A DNA stretch of 63,950 nt, filler included, from Octopus bimaculoides (lineage: Eukaryota): NCBI RefSeq assembly GCF_001194135.2. It is 8 parts of 8 records of this genome, joined end to end, with 100 filler letters (N's around TTAATTAATTAA, not from the genome) between each part and the next. Parts side by side here need not be neighbours in the genome. Positions count along the whole stretch, not along the records: positions 60,343 to 62,452 come from NC_069010.1; positions 62,553 to 63,950 come from NC_068990.1; 6 more parts are not named here. One strand, written 5' to 3'. A program made the translations under genes and the position numbers. This document shows positions 61,758-63,950 of the stretch, piece after piece. The stretch's first letter is position 1. Each line of letters opens with the position of its first letter. The notes under the pieces are model-generated. The model was not told the DNA's origin. It saw only the letters and a program-made list of their open reading frames with translations, and did no database searches.

Positions 61758-61870
61758 TACGACGGGCTTCTTTCAGTTTCTGTCTACCAAATCCACTCAC
61801 AAGGCTTTGGTCGGCCCGAGGCTATAGTAGAAGACACTTGCCCAAGATGCCATGCAGTGGAACTGAACAG
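61505..61870 (-). mobile_element. SINE family A
   Basis: Family A tail and core on the minus strand. Confidence 0.88.
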
Positions 61871-62169
61871 CCTACTCACTCCTACTCACAACACTTCCAT
61901 ATGTAATATATTTCAGAAGGAATAAAAGATGCCATTTGACATTGTTTCTTTGTCTTTTTACTTTTAATCGGTTCACTTATTTGACCATAGCCATTCTGGG
62001 GCACTGCTTCGAAGGGTTTCATTTGAATAGATTGACCTCAATACTCTTTTATAATCTGGTACTTATTCTATCAGTTTCCCTTTGCTGAACTGCTAAGATA
62101 CAGGATGTAAAGAAGTACATCCTGCTCGATGTGCTTCTTGTTGCTAATCTTCATCTGTTTCTGAGGTAC

Positions 62170-62452
62170 TCTATTACTCTTTTACTTGTTTCAGTCATTT
62201 GACTGCGGCCATGCTGGAGCACCGCCTTTTAGTCAAGCAAATCGACCCCAGGACTTATTCTTTGGAAGCCTAGTACTTATTCTATTGGTCTCTTTTTGCC
62301 GAACCGCTAAGTTACGGGGACGTAAACACACCAGCATTGGTTGTCAAGCGATGGTGGGGGGACAAACACAGACACACAAACACACATACATATATATATA
62401 TACATATATACGACGGGCTTCTTTCAGTTTCCGTCTACCAAATCCACTCACA
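62170..62452 (-). mobile_element. SINE family A, cut by linker
   Basis: Family A tail and core on the minus strand. Confidence 0.88.
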
Positions 62453-62552
62453 NNNNNNNNNNNNNNNNNNNNNNNNNNNNNNNNNNNNNNNNNNNNTTAA
62501 TTAATTAANNNNNNNNNNNNNNNNNNNNNNNNNNNNNNNNNNNNNNNNNNNN
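62453..62552. other. Artificial scaffold linker
   Basis: 44N-TTAATTAATTAA-44N. Confidence 0.97.
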
Positions 62553-63779
62553 CACACACACACACACACACACAAAGAGCAGTGAATCACCATACATACA
62601 TACATACATACATACATACATACATACATAAATACATATATACATAGGAACTGTAAAGATCTGTAAAACTTTGCAGAAGTTTATCATTTAAATTTATATG
62701 ATCATGGCTAGATATGCAAATATATGCATTAGAATACATAAATAAAACATACAAATCTACACATATACATACATACATACATACATACACACACACATAC
62801 AAAAATACCCTGTTCTTGATGTTGAAATTCCAATGAAGAAGCCTTGGGTCTAGGTTAGAAACTGACCCTTTCTCTATTGGCAAGAAATCTTGAAATAAAC
62901 TGAATAATGACAAACACACATGCACATATGTATATATGTGCATGTGTGTGTGTTTGTGTGTGTGTGTGTGTGGTTATGAAGTTTGCTTTGCAGCAACATG
63001 ATTTCAGGTTCAGTTGTGGCTGTGGGGTTTAGAAGCTAGCTTCTCAATCACATAATTTCAAGTTCAATCCCCTTTCATGAACAGCACTTTGGCAAGTGTC
63101 TTTACCATATAGCTCTGGGCTGGGCTGGATGGAAACAGAAATTATACAACAGCACTGTATTTTCAACCAAAACTAATTCCAAAGACCGCAACAATAAAAA
63201 AAAAAAAAGAATAAAAATCAAATTACAGAAGAACTGAACGTTTGGCAGCTGATTTCCAATTTAGTTGTTGTTCTGAGACTTATTGGTAACCCTAGCTCCT
63301 AAATCCTGTATAGAACATTTATAGATTTTATGGGGTCATGTCAAATTTGGATGACCCCATAAAATAAGATTAAATGAAGTGATTATTTCATTTTTTTCTC
63401 AGTTAAACAATTATAATTAATATTTTGATCGACGATGGTAAAAAAAAAAGAAATGATGCGCCAGGCTTCTGAATGGCTTCATACATGCACACAGCCAGCA
63501 CATAGCTAGATAGATTCATAGAAATATGTAGACAGATTACCATACGGATAAATATTAAATATAAATGTATATATTCTCACATACACACATGTATGTATTC
63601 ACGCATGTGTGTGTGTGTGTATATGTGTGTACACAGGTTTGTAAGTATGCTTGTATACAATTATACATACAGACACATATATAATCATCATCATCATCAT
63701 GGATGTTAAATGATGATGGTGATGATGATGATGATGATGATGATGATATATATCTATATGCGTCTGTATACAAGCATAC

Positions 63780-63865
63780 TTACATATCTATGTACACATA
63801 TATACATACATATATATATACATATATATATACATACATGCATATATATACATACATATATATAC

Positions 63866-63898
<33 letters not shown>

Positions 63899-63899
63899 C

Positions 63900-63950
<51 letters not shown>
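63780..63950. repeat. (AT)n/(ATAC)n microsatellite
   Basis: Read directly. Confidence 0.95.

Overview
AT-rich animal genomic DNA, dense in microsatellites and N gaps. The SINE/LINE families and the CDICGKSFS...HTGEKPYH zinc-finger style point to an octopus (inference from recalled sequence; no search was run). The window is not one contiguous locus. Seven identical 100-bp artificial linkers (44 N + TTAATTAATTAA + 44 N) join eight pieces: 1-17158, 17259-43106, 43207-45998, 46099-54519, 54620-57828, 57929-60242, 60343-62452 and 62553-63950. The only clear host genes are C2H2 zinc-finger array genes: three tandem minus-strand paralogs on 17259-43106 (14; 19 plus 1 broken; 10 plus 1 degenerate fingers) and one 5'-truncated plus-strand array on 60343-62452. 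The rest is tRNA-type SINEs, degraded LINEs (RTE, CR1, R4/Dong-like), Tc1/mariner, hAT and MITE relics, Penelope-like termini and simple repeats. The most interesting signals are these. (1) The whole 25.8-kb three-gene piece is bracketed by a near-identical ~360-bp inverted repeat. (2) All three paralogs share a splice acceptor, a 330-347-nt leader and a short out-of-frame ORF whose D-I-G-I codons differ only at third positions. (3) A 42-bp CpG-rich motif lies upstream of two paralogs, once as an inverted pair. (4) A hairpin supplies the UAG stop of ZNF2, a possible A-to-I readthrough site. (5) A 72-bp-arm palindrome is made of two inverted hammerhead-ribozyme-like units. (6) Fossil fingers continue past the stop codons.
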